DNA of 64,000 bases from Flavobacteriales bacterium (GCA_013360395.1 JABWBQ010000012.1:2191-66190), one strand, 5' to 3'; numbered from the stretch's first letter, positions 29,771-40,299 are shown. Program-made: numbers and translations. Notes: generated from the letters alone by a model not told the origin.

Positions 29771-32449
29771 ATGGCCACCCTGAACCGCCCCCTGTTCGCG
29801 CTCTGCACCCTGCTGCCTCTCGGCACCGCCGCCCAATTGGTGGTGACCAACACGCAGACCCCGGCCCAGCTGGTGCAGAACGTGCTGTTGGGCGGGGGGG
29901 TGACCGCCAGCAACTTCGTCTTCAACGGGGCGCCGGGCAACACCATCCATCCGCAGGCCGGGGAGTTCGACGGCACGGCCTCCAACGTGGGCCTGGCCGC
30001 CGGCATGATCATGGGCTCGGGCGACGTCACCTTCGCCATCGGCCCCAACAACATCGGCAGCGGATCCCTGGGCGGAGGCAACTGGGGCTTCAACGACCCG
30101 GACCTCGATCAGTTGAGCGGCGTGGCCACCCACGATGCCGCCATCCTGGAGTTCGACTTCATCCCCACGGGCGATTCGCTCCGGTTCAACTACGTCTTCG
30201 GTTCCGAGGAGTACGATGAGTACGTGTGCGGCACCGTGAACGACGTGTTCGGTTTCTTCCTCAGCGGGCCGGGCATCACCGGGCCTTTCAGCAACAACGC
30301 CATCAACATCGCCCTGGTGCCCGGCACCCAGGTGCCCGTCTCCATCAACACGGTGAACAACGGCACCGTCGGCATGAACGGCACGGCCTCCAACTGTGCC
30401 GCGCTGGACCCCAACTGGATGAACAACAACATCTACTACACCAGCAATGCCAACGGCACCACGGTGCAGTACGACGGCATGACGGTGGTGCTGACGGCGC
30501 GTGCCGCGGTGGTCTGCGGCCAGACCTACCACATCAAGATCGCCATCGCCGACGGTGGCGACACGGCCTTCGACAGCGGCGTGTTCCTGGAGGCCGGCAG
30601 CTTCGTGAGCACCGGCCAGGTGGTGCCCGAGCTGGTGAGCGGCGTGCTGGTGAACGACAGCACCATGCTGGAAGGCTGCGGCCTGGTGGATTTCACCTTC
30701 TACCGGGTGGGCGACACCTCGATCACCGACACGGTGAACCTCAACATCCTGGGCACGGCCACCCCCGGCGTGGACTACAGCCCCGCCTTCCCCAGCCAGC
30801 TCATCTACTACCCGGGTGACACGGCCATCACCTTCCTGCTCACCATCCCCCAGGACGCCGACGGCTTGGAGTCCATCATCATCCAGATCCAACAGATGAT
30901 CCAGTGCGCCGGACTGCAGGTGCAGACCGAGTTCCACTTCTACATCGATTCACCACCACCGCTGGACGTGCAGGCCAGCAACATCCAGAGCGACTGCAAC
31001 CTCACCGAGCTGCTGGCGCCGGTGGTCTCCGGCGGATCGGGCAACTACGATTACGCCTGGAGCACGGGCGAGACCACGCCCACCATCTCGGTGAGCCCCG
31101 GGGTCACCACCACCTACACCCTCACCGTGAGCGATACGTGCAGCATCGTACCTGTCACCGTGGACATCACCGTGGATGTGCCCGTGTACGCGCCCATGGT
31201 CCTGACCCTCACGCCGGACACGGCGATCCCCTGCCTGGGCAATGCGGACCTGAGCGTGCTGAACGTGGCCGGGGGCGACGGCACCTTCACCTACCAATGG
31301 ACCGTGGGCGGCACGGTGCTGAGCAACACCGCCACGGTGAATGTGCCCGCCGGGCCGCCCACCTACTACGTGGCCACGGTGACCGACGGATGCGGCTCGG
31401 TGGCGGTGGACAGCGTGCTGACCTCCACGGCCCCGCTGCCCCCCATCGCGATCGTCACCAACGGCGACCCCACCGTGATCTGCACGGGCGACACCATCAC
31501 CATCTCCATCGCCTCGGTCACCGGCGGCAACGGCGTGTACACCTATACCTGGGAGGATGCCAACGGCACGGTGATCGGCACGGGGACCAGCGTGGACGTG
31601 CCGGTACCCACCGACGCCGTGTACACCTTCACGGCCAGCGACCAATGCGGCTACACGGGCAGCGCCACCGTGGCCACCTACATCCCCCATCCGCTTCCGA
31701 TGGCCATCGACCTCACGGACGACCAGGTGATCTGCTACGGTGAAAGCATCCTGTTGAGCGCGCAGATCACCGGCGGCTCGGGCATCTACACCATCGAATG
31801 GCCCCTGCTGGGCCACAGCGACCCCGAGGTGATGGTGGCCCCCCTGGCCAACACCACCTACGTGGTGAACGTGTACGAGGAGTGCGGCCTCTTCAGCACC
31901 GCGCAGGTGGAGATCGAGGTGGAGCCCACCCTGGCCGACATCGTGGTGACCAACCTGGACGTGGACGGCTGGCAGTTCGAGGCCGCCACGCATCCCGAGC
32001 CGATCGCCTACTTCTGGACCCTGGGCGACGGCACCAAGGCGAGCACGCAGGAAGTGGTGCATCACTACAACGACATGGAGGACCACTGGGTGCACCTGGA
32101 AATGGTGACCGCCAACGGCTGCCGCGCCACCGACTCGGTGTACATCATCCCCCCGGCCCAGATCCACTTCCCCAACGCCTTCACGCCCGACGGCGACGGC
32201 CTCAACGAGCTCTTCGGACCGGTGAGCCACATGGTGTCGGCCTTCGAGATGGCCATCTTCGACCGCTGGGGTGAACTGATCTTCGCCTCCAGCGACGAGG
32301 AGCCCTTCTGGGACGGCAAGGTGATGGGCGGCCAGATGGCACCCACCGGGGTGTATGTGTACAAGTACAAGGCCGAGGGCCACTACATGCCGCCACGCGA
32401 GGGCTATGGCCATGTGACGTTGATCCGCGGCACGATCGAGGAGAACTGA
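29771..32449 (+). CDS. Choice-of-anchor L domain protein, type B T9SS CTD (paralog 2)
   Basis: Same N-terminal domain, a Calx-beta-like segment (GTATPGVDY) and FPNAFTPDGDGLNE CTD. Confidence 0.9.
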   Translation: MATLNRPLFALCTLLPLGTAAQLVVTNTQTPAQLVQNVLLGGGVTASNFVFNGAPGNTIHPQAGEFDGTASNVGLAAGMIMGSGDVTFAIGPNNIGSGSLGGGNWGFNDPDLDQLSGVATHDAAILEFDFIPTGDSLRFNYVFGSEEYDEYVCGTVNDVFGFFLSGPGITGPFSNNAINIALVPGTQVPVSINTVNNGTVGMNGTASNCAALDPNWMNNNIYYTSNANGTTVQYDGMTVVLTARAAVVCGQTYHIKIAIADGGDTAFDSGVFLEAGSFVSTGQVVPELVSGVLVNDSTMLEGCGLVDFTFYRVGDTSITDTVNLNILGTATPGVDYSPAFPSQLIYYPGDTAITFLLTIPQDADGLESIIIQIQQMIQCAGLQVQTEFHFYIDSPPPLDVQASNIQSDCNLTELLAPVVSGGSGNYDYAWSTGETTPTISVSPGVTTTYTLTVSDTCSIVPVTVDITVDVPVYAPMVLTLTPDTAIPCLGNADLSVLNVAGGDGTFTYQWTVGGTVLSNTATVNVPAGPPTYYVATVTDGCGSVAVDSVLTSTAPLPPIAIVTNGDPTVICTGDTITISIASVTGGNGVYTYTWEDANGTVIGTGTSVDVPVPTDAVYTFTASDQCGYTGSATVATYIPHPLPMAIDLTDDQVICYGESILLSAQITGGSGIYTIEWPLLGHSDPEVMVAPLANTTYVVNVYEECGLFSTAQVEIEVEPTLADIVVTNLDVDGWQFEAATHPEPIAYFWTLGDGTKASTQEVVHHYNDMEDHWVHLEMVTANGCRATDSVYIIPPAQIHFPNAFTPDGDGLNELFGPVSHMVSAFEMAIFDRWGELIFASSDEEPFWDGKVMGGQMAPTGVYVYKYKAEGHYMPPREGYGHVTLIRGTIEEN

Positions 32450-32450
32450 T

Positions 32451-34115
32451 ATGAACAACAAGACTTTCGGTGGCCTGATGATGGTCGCCCTGCTGATGCC
32501 CACCCTGGCCTCGGCGCAGATCACCGTGGACAACAGCCAGACCCCGGAACAACTGGTGCAGAACGTGCTGCTGGGCGCCGGCATCACGGTGAGCAACGTG
32601 ACCTTCAACGGACAGCCCGGCAACCTGGTCAACGACCAGATCGGCAGCTTCGACGGCACCAATTCCAACGTGGGCATCGCCCAGGGCCTGGTGATGTGCA
32701 GCGGGAGCATCCCGGAAGTGGTGGGCCCCAACGACGATGAGTCCTTCTCCGTGGGGCCTGCCTCCCCGGCCTTCACGGGCGACATCGACCTTGAGACCAT
32801 CTCCCAACAGGCCGTGAACGACAAGGCCGTGCTGGAATTCGACTTCGTGCCCGCCGGGGATTCGCTGGTCTTCCGTTTCGTGTTCGGCAGCGAGGAATAC
32901 AACGAGTACGTATGCTCCTCGTTCAACGATGTCTTCGGTTTCTTCCTCAGCGGGCCGGGCATCAACGGGCCCTTCAGCAACAACGCTGCGAACATCGCCC
33001 TGGTCCCCGGCACCAACGTGCCCATCGGCATCAACACGGTGAACAACGGTACCCCCGGCAGCTTCGGAGACGCCGCCAACTGCGCCGCGGTGGACCCCGG
33101 CTGGCAGAACAACAGCATCCACTACTTCGACAACGCCGGCGGCCTCACCGTGCAGTACGACGGCTTCACCGTGGTGCTCACGGCCTACGCCCTGGTGCAG
33201 TGCGGGCAGACCTACCACATCAAGCTGGCCATCGCCGATGCCTTCGACTCGGCCTTCGACAGCGGTGTGTTCCTGGAGGGCGGCAGCTTCAGTTCGCCCA
33301 ATGCCATCGACCTGGAGGTGGTGACCGCCAGCGCCGACGGCACCATGACCGAGGGCTGCACCGATGCCACCCTCACCATCACCCGCCCGGGCAACGAGGA
33401 TGACCTCGACGTGTCGGTCGTCGTGTCGGGCACGGCCACGAACGGCGTGGATTACCCCAGCATCCCGGTGACCATCGTGATCCCCGACGGACAGAGCTCG
33501 GTGAGCTTCCCCTTGAGCGCCTTCGAGGACGGGGTCGCCGAAGGCATGGAGGAGATCATCCTGACCGCCACCTACGTCAATGCATGCGGCGACACCTCGG
33601 TGAGCACGGCCGCGGTGCCCATCCTGGAGTACGTGCCCATGCAGCTCTTCGCCGAGGACCTCGCACTGCAATGCGAGGACGACTCGGTGATGCTCACGGC
33701 CTCGGCCACCGGCGGGTTCGGGGACCTGACCATCACCTGGGCCACGGGCGACCAGGGCACCACCACCTGGGTGCCGGGCATGCAGAACGGGACCTACCAG
33801 GTGACCGTGACCGATGCCTGTGCGCGGACCGTGACCGACCAGGTGAACGTGGACAGCGGCTGCCAGATCGTGATCCCGAACGTGTTCAGCCCCAACGGCG
33901 ATGGCGACAACGATACGTTCTACATCGACGGTATCCAGGGCACCAACAACAAGGTGAGGATCTTCAACCGCTGGGGCCAGGTGGTCTTCGAGGCCAACAA
34001 CTACCGCAACACCTGGGATGGGCGCAACGTGCCCGACGGCACCTACTTCTATGAGGTGGTGGTGGAAGGTGGTGAAGGGCCCTTCACCGGTCATCTGACC
34101 ATTCTGAACAACTAA
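32451..34115 (+). CDS. Choice-of-anchor L domain protein, type B T9SS CTD (paralog 3)
   Basis: Same N-terminal domain, GTATNGVDY, and IPNVFSPNGDGDND...IFNRWG...DGTYFY CTD. Confidence 0.9.
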   Translation: MNNKTFGGLMMVALLMPTLASAQITVDNSQTPEQLVQNVLLGAGITVSNVTFNGQPGNLVNDQIGSFDGTNSNVGIAQGLVMCSGSIPEVVGPNDDESFSVGPASPAFTGDIDLETISQQAVNDKAVLEFDFVPAGDSLVFRFVFGSEEYNEYVCSSFNDVFGFFLSGPGINGPFSNNAANIALVPGTNVPIGINTVNNGTPGSFGDAANCAAVDPGWQNNSIHYFDNAGGLTVQYDGFTVVLTAYALVQCGQTYHIKLAIADAFDSAFDSGVFLEGGSFSSPNAIDLEVVTASADGTMTEGCTDATLTITRPGNEDDLDVSVVVSGTATNGVDYPSIPVTIVIPDGQSSVSFPLSAFEDGVAEGMEEIILTATYVNACGDTSVSTAAVPILEYVPMQLFAEDLALQCEDDSVMLTASATGGFGDLTITWATGDQGTTTWVPGMQNGTYQVTVTDACARTVTDQVNVDSGCQIVIPNVFSPNGDGDNDTFYIDGIQGTNNKVRIFNRWGQVVFEANNYRNTWDGRNVPDGTYFYEVVVEGGEGPFTGHLTILNN

Positions 34116-34122
34116 CGAAGCC

Positions 34123-35655
34123 TCACCCGGCCTCCACGAGCGAACGCCCGGTCATCTGCGCGGGCTGGGGGAGGCCCATGAGCTGCAACAGGGTGGGCGC
34201 CACGTCGGCCAGGATCCCATCGCGCAGCGTCCATCGCCGGTCGTCCACCAGCACGATGGGCACCGGGTTGGTGCTGTGGGCGGTGTTGGGCGAGCCGTCG
34301 GGGTTCAGGGCCTTGTCCGCGTTGCCGTGGTCGGCGATGATCACGAAGCTGTAGCCCGCGGCACGGCCAGCGTCCACCACGCGGCCCAGGCAGGTGTCGG
34401 TGGTCTCCACGGCCTTCACCACCGCGCTGAACACGCCGGTGTGGCCCACCATGTCGGGGTTGGCGAAGTTGAGCACCACCAGGTCGGGGCCGTCGGGTGT
34501 GAGGGCCTGCGCCACGCGCTCGGCCAGCTCCGGCGCGCTCATCTCCGGTTGCAGGTCGTAGGTGGCCACCTTGGGGCTGGCGACCAGGATGCGTTCCTCG
34601 CCGGGGTAGGGTGCTTCGCGGCCGCCGCTGAAGAAGAAGGTGACGTGCGGATACTTCTCGGTCTCGGCCGCGCGCACCTGCCGCAACCCCGCCGCGCTCA
34701 CGGTCTCGCCCAGCGTCATCGGCAGTTCGTCCTTGCCCAGCACCACGCGCACGTCGCGGTAGGTGGGGTCGTACTCGGTGAGGGTGACGTAGTGCAACGG
34801 GAGCGGCGTCATGCCGTGCTCTGGGAAGGCCTGCTGGGTGAGGGCCTGGGTGATCTCGCGGCAGCGGTCGGTGCGGAAGTTGAAGCAGATCACCACGTCG
34901 CCGGGGCGGATGGTGCCGAGCGGCGCACCGTCGGATCCCGTGATCACGTGCGGCACGATGAACTCGTCGGTGATGCCTTCGGCGTAGCTGCGCGTGTAGG
35001 CCTCCGTGGCGTCGGCCACCGCCGTGCCCGTGCCGTGGACGAGCAGGTCGTAGGCGCGCTTCACCCGCTCCCAGCGCTTGTCGCGGTCCATGGCGTAGTA
35101 GCGGCCCACCACGCTGGCCAGGTGCACCGGAAGTCCCTTCACCCCGGCGAGGAAGTCGCGCAAGTAACCCAGGCCGCTCTTCGGGTCGGCATCGCGCCCG
35201 TCGGTGAACGCGTGCACGAACACCTGCGGCGCGCCCGCCTCCACGGCCGCGTGGCACAGCGCGCGCAGGTGGTCCTGGTGGCTGTGCACGCCGCCCTTGC
35301 TGAGCAACCCGATGAAGTGCAGCCGGACACCGGGGGTGCGCGCCGCGCGGAAGGCCTCCTGCAGCACGGTGTTGCGCGCCAGGGAGCCGTCCTCCACGGC
35401 CTTGTCCACGCGCAGCAGGTCCTGGTAGACCACGCGGCCCGCGCCGATGTTGAGGTGGCCCACCTCGCTGTTGCCCATCTGCCCGGCGGGCAGGCCCACA
35501 TGTTCGCCATCGGTGCGTAGTGTGGCGTGCGGGCAGGTACTGCATAGTGCGTGGAAACGCGGCGTGCGGGCCTGGGCGATGGCGTCGGTGCGATCGCCGG
35601 CGCCGATGCCCCAGCCGTCGAGCACGACCAGGGCGACCTTGCGGGTTGCGGGCAT
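34123..35655 (-). CDS. gpmI: 2,3-bisphosphoglycerate-independent phosphoglycerate mutase
   Basis: LDGWG, GQMGNSEVGH, GRYYAMDRD, ETEKYPHVTFFF, NFANPDMVGHTG and ADHGN motifs. Confidence 0.97.
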   Translation of the reverse strand: MPATRKVALVVLDGWGIGAGDRTDAIAQARTPRFHALCSTCPHATLRTDGEHVGLPAGQMGNSEVGHLNIGAGRVVYQDLLRVDKAVEDGSLARNTVLQEAFRAARTPGVRLHFIGLLSKGGVHSHQDHLRALCHAAVEAGAPQVFVHAFTDGRDADPKSGLGYLRDFLAGVKGLPVHLASVVGRYYAMDRDKRWERVKRAYDLLVHGTGTAVADATEAYTRSYAEGITDEFIVPHVITGSDGAPLGTIRPGDVVICFNFRTDRCREITQALTQQAFPEHGMTPLPLHYVTLTEYDPTYRDVRVVLGKDELPMTLGETVSAAGLRQVRAAETEKYPHVTFFFSGGREAPYPGEERILVASPKVATYDLQPEMSAPELAERVAQALTPDGPDLVVLNFANPDMVGHTGVFSAVVKAVETTDTCLGRVVDAGRAAGYSFVIIADHGNADKALNPDGSPNTAHSTNPVPIVLVDDRRWTLRDGILADVAPTLLQLMGLPQPAQMTGRSLVEAG

Positions 35656-36605
35656 CAGGAGGCGGTGGGGAAGGAGGCCGCGAAGATAGCCCCCCCTTGC
35701 GGGGCGTTGCGGACCGTGAGCGTGCCGCCCATGCGGCGCATGAGACGCCGGGCGATGTATAGGCCCAGACCGGTGCCCTGCGTGGCGCGCACGGCCTCGT
35801 CGCCACCGCGGTGCAGGCGTTGGAAGATGCGTTCCTTCTCACTCTCGGGCACACCGGGCCCTTCGTCGGCCACCTCCAGCACGGCGCCCTCGCCCTTGCG
35901 GCGCACGGCCACAAGCACACGGCTGCCCGGCGGGGTGTACTTGCCGGCGTTCTCCAGCAGGTTGTCCACCACGGAACGCAGCGCCAGCGCCTCGGCCTTC
36001 ACCGTGAGCGACGGTGGTGCTTCCAGCGTCACTTGGTGCCCTGCCAGGATGGTGCTGCGGGCCTGGTCCACGGCGTGGCGCACCCCGGCCACCAAGTCCA
36101 TCATGCCCATCTCCAGGGGCAGGTCCGTCTCCTCGGCCCGTGCGGCCAGCAGCACCTTGTCGGTGAGGGCCGCCAGCCGGTCCAGGTCGGCCACCGCCCG
36201 GGCCGCGAGCTGGTCGCGCAGCCCCGCCTCCAGGTCGTGGCGCTGGAGCGTCTGCATGTTCAGCTTGGCGCCGGCGATGGGGGTGCGCAGCTCGTGGGTG
36301 ACCGCCAGCAGGAAGTTGCGCTGCGCACGGGCCAGTTGCAGGTCGCGGCGGATGGCGCGGTAGGTGAGCACCAGGGCGGCGATGAGCAGGGCCAGGAACA
36401 CGCTGCCCTCGCCCACCACCATCCGGAAGGTGCGGTCGGCCCGCCCTGCGCCGCCGTCGGTCGCCAGTTGGAAGGCTTCGATCAACGCCTGCATCTCCTG
36501 GTCCTTGCGCACCAGCAGATAGGCCCACCACAGCGATTGCAGCACGATGTACACCGCCAGGACGCCGAAGAGCAGCAATGTGCGCCGGTGGCCCTGCGGG
36601 AACAT
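35655..36605 (-). CDS. Membrane sensor histidine kinase
   Basis: Two TM helices; THELRTP H-box, NLLENAGKY, DEGPGV and GTGLGL; ATG at 36605. Confidence 0.92.
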   Translation of the reverse strand: MFPQGHRRTLLLFGVLAVYIVLQSLWWAYLLVRKDQEMQALIEAFQLATDGGAGRADRTFRMVVGEGSVFLALLIAALVLTYRAIRRDLQLARAQRNFLLAVTHELRTPIAGAKLNMQTLQRHDLEAGLRDQLAARAVADLDRLAALTDKVLLAARAEETDLPLEMGMMDLVAGVRHAVDQARSTILAGHQVTLEAPPSLTVKAEALALRSVVDNLLENAGKYTPPGSRVLVAVRRKGEGAVLEVADEGPGVPESEKERIFQRLHRGGDEAVRATQGTGLGLYIARRLMRRMGGTLTVRNAPQGGAIFAASFPTAS

Positions 36606-36653
36606 GGGGCCAAGGTACAGGTGCCCGGGGGGCGTTATCTTGGTCGCTCCCGT

Positions 36654-37247
36654 ATGGACCTTCAGGCCGCCAAAGCCTACATCCTGCGGAAGCTGCGCGA
36701 GGAGCTTCCCGAGCGGCGCGCATACCACAGCCTGGAGCACACCCTGGACGTGTACGCCTCGGTGATCGACATCGCCGCACAGGAGGGCGTGACCGGCGAT
36801 GACCTGCTTTTGTTGAAGACGGCCGCCCTCTACCACGATGCCGGTTTCACCGAACAGGAGGTGGAGCATGAACGCGTGAGCTGCGACATCGCCCGCCGGG
36901 TGCTTCCGGGATGCGGCTATGCCCCGCCACAGATCGAGCGGATCTGCACCCTCATCATGGATACGCGGGTCCCACAGCGCCCCACGGATGCGCTTTCCAT
37001 GATCCTCTGCGATGCGGACCTGGACTACCTGGGGCGGTCGGACTACCCGCGCATCAGCCGCCTGCTCTTCGAGGAGATGCGGGCCCACGGGAAGCTCACC
37101 TCCGAGCTGGAGTGGAACCGCCTGCAGGTGCGTTTCCTGGAGGACCATCGCTACTTCACGACCACCAACAAGCGCTCCCGCGAACCTGGCAAGGCCGGGC
37201 ACTTGGCCGCCCTGCGGCGCCTGGTGGAGGATCAAGGCGCGCCCTGA
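36654..37247 (+). CDS. HD domain phosphohydrolase
   Basis: YHSLEHT, AALYHDAG and LCDADLDYLG motifs; ATG at 36654. Confidence 0.88.
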   Translation: MDLQAAKAYILRKLREELPERRAYHSLEHTLDVYASVIDIAAQEGVTGDDLLLLKTAALYHDAGFTEQEVEHERVSCDIARRVLPGCGYAPPQIERICTLIMDTRVPQRPTDALSMILCDADLDYLGRSDYPRISRLLFEEMRAHGKLTSELEWNRLQVRFLEDHRYFTTTNKRSREPGKAGHLAALRRLVEDQGAP

Positions 37248-37251
37248 ACGG

Positions 37252-37279
37252 CGAAGGCCGGTCCTGCGACCGGCCTTCG
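37252..37279. terminator. 12-bp stem hairpin between the convergent HD gene and tRNA-Phe
   Basis: CGAAGGCCGGTC-CTGC-GACCGGCCTTCG; no U-tract. Confidence 0.55.
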
Positions 37280-37284
37280 GAGGG

Positions 37285-37357
<73 letters not shown>

Positions 37358-37419
37358 CTATGTTTCGCCCGTCCTCGGCCCAGGGGCCGGACGGACAAGG
37401 GCGGCAAAGATAGGACTTC

Positions 37420-38223
37420 ATGCGTTCCCCGGACCACAGCTGCACCGACCTGGTGGTGGACATCGGCAATTCGCGGGTGAAGCTGGCCCTGTTCCGGGGC
37501 CGGCAGGTGCTGCGCTTCACGCGGATGGACCGGCCCGATGCCGAGGCCCTGCGGGACTTCCTGGGAGCCGACCGACCCGCATGCATCGCCGTGGCCTCCG
37601 TGGGCGTGCCCGCCACGACGGTGATGCCGATGCTGGAAGCCTACGGCCCTGCGATCGAGCTCACCGGTGCTTCGCCTGCGCCCCTGCCGGTGGCCTATGC
37701 GACCACGGCCACCCTGGGGGTGGACCGCCTGGCCAACGCCGTCGCGCTGCACGAAGGCTTCCCCGGCCGGCCGGCCCTGGCCATCGACCTGGGCACCTGC
37801 ATCACCTACGACCTGGTGCTGCCCGGGGCCGGTTTCGTGGGCGGGGCCATCAGCGCGGGCCCCCGCATGCGCGGCCAGGCCATGCACCGCTACAGCGCCC
37901 GGCTGCCGCTGGTGGAAGATCCCGGATCGCCCCCCCTGGTGGGCCGCGACACCCTTTCGTGCCTGGCCTCGGGCATCCACCACGGGGTGCGCTTGGAGCT
38001 GGCCGGCATGATCGCCGAACTGACCCTGCAACACCCCGGGCTGGCCGTGGTGCTCACCGGCGGCGCGGCCCCGGCCTACGCGGCCGCCCTCAAAAGTGGC
38101 ATCTTTGCCGACCCGCTGCTGACCCTTCGCGGACTCCATGCCCTGCTTGCGCACCACCGCCACCTTGCTCACGATCGCGGGACTGGCGGGCCTGCCGGAG
38201 GCCGTCGCTCAGGAGAGCCTTGA
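37420..38223 (+). CDS. coaX: Type III pantothenate kinase
   Basis: DIGNSRVK, LGVDR, IDLGTCITYD, GGAISAG and LTGG motifs. Confidence 0.93.
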   Translation: MRSPDHSCTDLVVDIGNSRVKLALFRGRQVLRFTRMDRPDAEALRDFLGADRPACIAVASVGVPATTVMPMLEAYGPAIELTGASPAPLPVAYATTATLGVDRLANAVALHEGFPGRPALAIDLGTCITYDLVLPGAGFVGGAISAGPRMRGQAMHRYSARLPLVEDPGSPPLVGRDTLSCLASGIHHGVRLELAGMIAELTLQHPGLAVVLTGGAAPAYAAALKSGIFADPLLTLRGLHALLAHHRHLAHDRGTGGPAGGRRSGEP

Positions 38224-39493
38224 ATCGCCGTACACTTCCTATGGCTTCGGCGACCTGCTGAACACCAACCAGGTGGTGCAGGCCGCCATGGGCGGGGTGG
38301 GCGTGGCCGCCACCGACCCGTACAGCGTCAGCGCCCAGCAGCCGGCCAGCTACGCCCACCTGTTGAAGCCGACCTTCGAGGTGGGGGGCCTGGCCCGCTG
38401 GATGCGCCTGCGCGCGGCGGGCGGGGAACAGCGGCTCAGCACCATGCGGCCCCTGGGCCTGAGCGTGGGCATCCCCTTCGCACAAGGCAAGGCGGGGCTG
38501 GCGTTGGGCCTTTCCCCTTTCACCGATGTGGGTTACCGCATCAACGACCAAGGCGCCCTGCCGGACGGGGCCACGGTGCGGTACGCCTACGAAGGCTCCG
38601 GCGGGCTCAACAAGGCCTTCGCCGGCCTGGGGACCACCGTTTGGCAGAAGCGTGACTCGCTGGCCAACGGGCACAAGCTCACCGTGGGGGCCAACTTCGT
38701 GTACCTCTTCGGCGGCATCGAACGCACGCGCAAGGTGTACTTCCCCGAAGGGGCCAACTACCTCAACACCCAGGCCTTCTCCTCGCTGGTGATGCGGGGT
38801 CCGGCGGCCACCGTGGGCCTGCAGTACCTGGGCGACCTGCGCCGGCGCAGCTCCCTGGATGACGAACCCCTGCGGTGGACCGTGGCGCTGAGCGTGGATC
38901 CCGGCCTGGCCATCAGCGCCCGCCGTACCGAACTGGTGAACTCCTTCACGGCCACCACCACCGGGGTGGAGACCTTCCGCGACACCATCGCCTTCACCGA
39001 CGGGGCGCGCGGCACCGTGGGCCTGCCCACCGCGTATGCCATCGGTTTCGGGGTGGTGAGCCCCACCTGGACCGTGACGGCCGAAGTGCGTCGGCGCGAT
39101 TGGAGCGCCCTGCGGATCGATGTGGAAGGCTATGCGCTGCCCGAAGGGCTCGGCCCCAGCATGAGCTACGCTGTGGGTGCCGCCTGGACGCCGCTCGGCC
39201 TGCGCAACGGCTCATTCCTCGGCCGGACCACCTACCGCCTGGGCTTGCGCCACGCCCAGGATTATTTGCGTGTGGGCGGGGAAGCCCTGCGGGGTACGGC
39301 GCTGAGCGCCGGCCTGTCGCTGCCCCTCATGGGCTCCACCACCCGGTCACGCTTCAACCTGGGCGTTGACCTGGGCGAGCGCTCCACCCCGGCCGCCGGC
39401 CGGATCACCGAGGGTTTCATCGACCTCTTCGTGGGCTTCACGATCACACCGGACATCCGGGAGGTCTGGTTCCGCAAGCGCCGCATCGAATGA
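38138..39493 (+). CDS. Conserved outer-membrane beta-barrel protein (hypothetical)
   Basis: Signal peptide, SPYTSYGFG, alternating beta-strand pattern, C-terminal WFRKRRIE; coaX-lptC operon context. Confidence 0.75.
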   Translation: MPCLRTTATLLTIAGLAGLPEAVAQESLESPYTSYGFGDLLNTNQVVQAAMGGVGVAATDPYSVSAQQPASYAHLLKPTFEVGGLARWMRLRAAGGEQRLSTMRPLGLSVGIPFAQGKAGLALGLSPFTDVGYRINDQGALPDGATVRYAYEGSGGLNKAFAGLGTTVWQKRDSLANGHKLTVGANFVYLFGGIERTRKVYFPEGANYLNTQAFSSLVMRGPAATVGLQYLGDLRRRSSLDDEPLRWTVALSVDPGLAISARRTELVNSFTATTTGVETFRDTIAFTDGARGTVGLPTAYAIGFGVVSPTWTVTAEVRRRDWSALRIDVEGYALPEGLGPSMSYAVGAAWTPLGLRNGSFLGRTTYRLGLRHAQDYLRVGGEALRGTALSAGLSLPLMGSTTRSRFNLGVDLGERSTPAAGRITEGFIDLFVGFTITPDIREVWFRKRRIE

Positions 39494-40074
39494 GCTGCCG
39501 CACCGGCGGACCCCTGCCCTGGTTCGCCCTCGCCCTGCTCGGCGCGGGGCTGGTGGCGTGCACCAACGACCTGGACCGCGTGGCGGCCGTGGAGCTGCCG
39601 GCCGATGCCCCGGACCGGGTGACCGGCAACGCCGAATACCTGTACAGCGACAGCGGGCGCCTGCAGAACAGGCTCCGCGCCGGCCGCATCGTCGAGCACC
39701 TGGCCCCCGACCGGCGCCGCACCGAACTGAGCGAGGGGATCGAGCTGGTTTTCTTCGACCGCACCGGAGCACCCGGCAGCGTGCTCACCGCACGCCGTGG
39801 GATCATCCTGCCCGCGGCCGACCGCATGGAGGTGAGTGAGAACGTGGTGTTCACCAACCCCCGGGGCGAACGCCTGGAGACCGAACACCTGGTGTGGGAC
39901 CGCGACAGCGGCCGTGTGCATACCGAGCGCCCGGTACGCATCGCCCGCCGTGGCGACGTGATCCACGGGGTGGGCCTGGAGGCCAGCGAGGACTTCAGCC
40001 GTTACACGGTGAAACGCATCACGGGCACCTTCCATATCGCCACGGGCGATACCTTCGCCACACCAGCCCGCTGA
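39490..40074 (+). CDS. lptC: LPS export ABC transporter periplasmic protein LptC
   Basis: Lipobox LVAC; YSDSG, LETEHLVWD, TERPVRI and G.GLEA..DF motifs. Confidence 0.85.
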   Translation: MSCRTGGPLPWFALALLGAGLVACTNDLDRVAAVELPADAPDRVTGNAEYLYSDSGRLQNRLRAGRIVEHLAPDRRRTELSEGIELVFFDRTGAPGSVLTARRGIILPAADRMEVSENVVFTNPRGERLETEHLVWDRDSGRVHTERPVRIARRGDVIHGVGLEASEDFSRYTVKRITGTFHIATGDTFATPAR

Positions 40075-40079
40075 CCACT

Positions 40080-40289
40080 GTGCGCAAGGTCCATCGCTTC
40101 ATGGAGCACTTCTGGCTCGCCGTGGCCATAGGCACCGCCCTGGCAGCCGTATGGAGCATGGCCGTGTACGGCTGGAAGGAGGGGGGGCGCTGGCTGTGGT
40201 TCCCGGTGATCGCCGCGGCCATGTGGGGCATGCGCCGCATGATGCGCGGCAAGCTGGAGGCCATGGACGACCGGGCCCGCAAGGCTTAG
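40080..40289 (+). CDS. Small two-TM hypothetical protein
   Basis: GTG 40080 or ATG 40101; EHFWLAVAIG...WLWFPVIAAAMWGMRR; fills the gap in the operon. Confidence 0.65.
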   Translation: MRKVHRFMEHFWLAVAIGTALAAVWSMAVYGWKEGGRWLWFPVIAAAMWGMRRMMRGKLEAMDDRARKA

Positions 40290-40299
40290 GCCCGCTGCC

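Noticed and set aside
26829-34115. Diversity-generating retroelement acting on the paralogous adhesins
   Set aside because: There is no reverse transcriptase in the window and no non-coding template repeat with adenine-specific differences was seen.
36654-37247. HD protein as part of an antiphage (Pycsar/CBASS) system
   Set aside because: It has no TM effector domain and no adjacent cyclase. It appears to be a stand-alone HD protein in housekeeping context.
38138-38223. 86-nt overlap of coaX with the next gene as a dual-coding signal
   Set aside because: The overlapping coaX tail lies beyond the conserved fold and looks like a neutral stop-codon extension.
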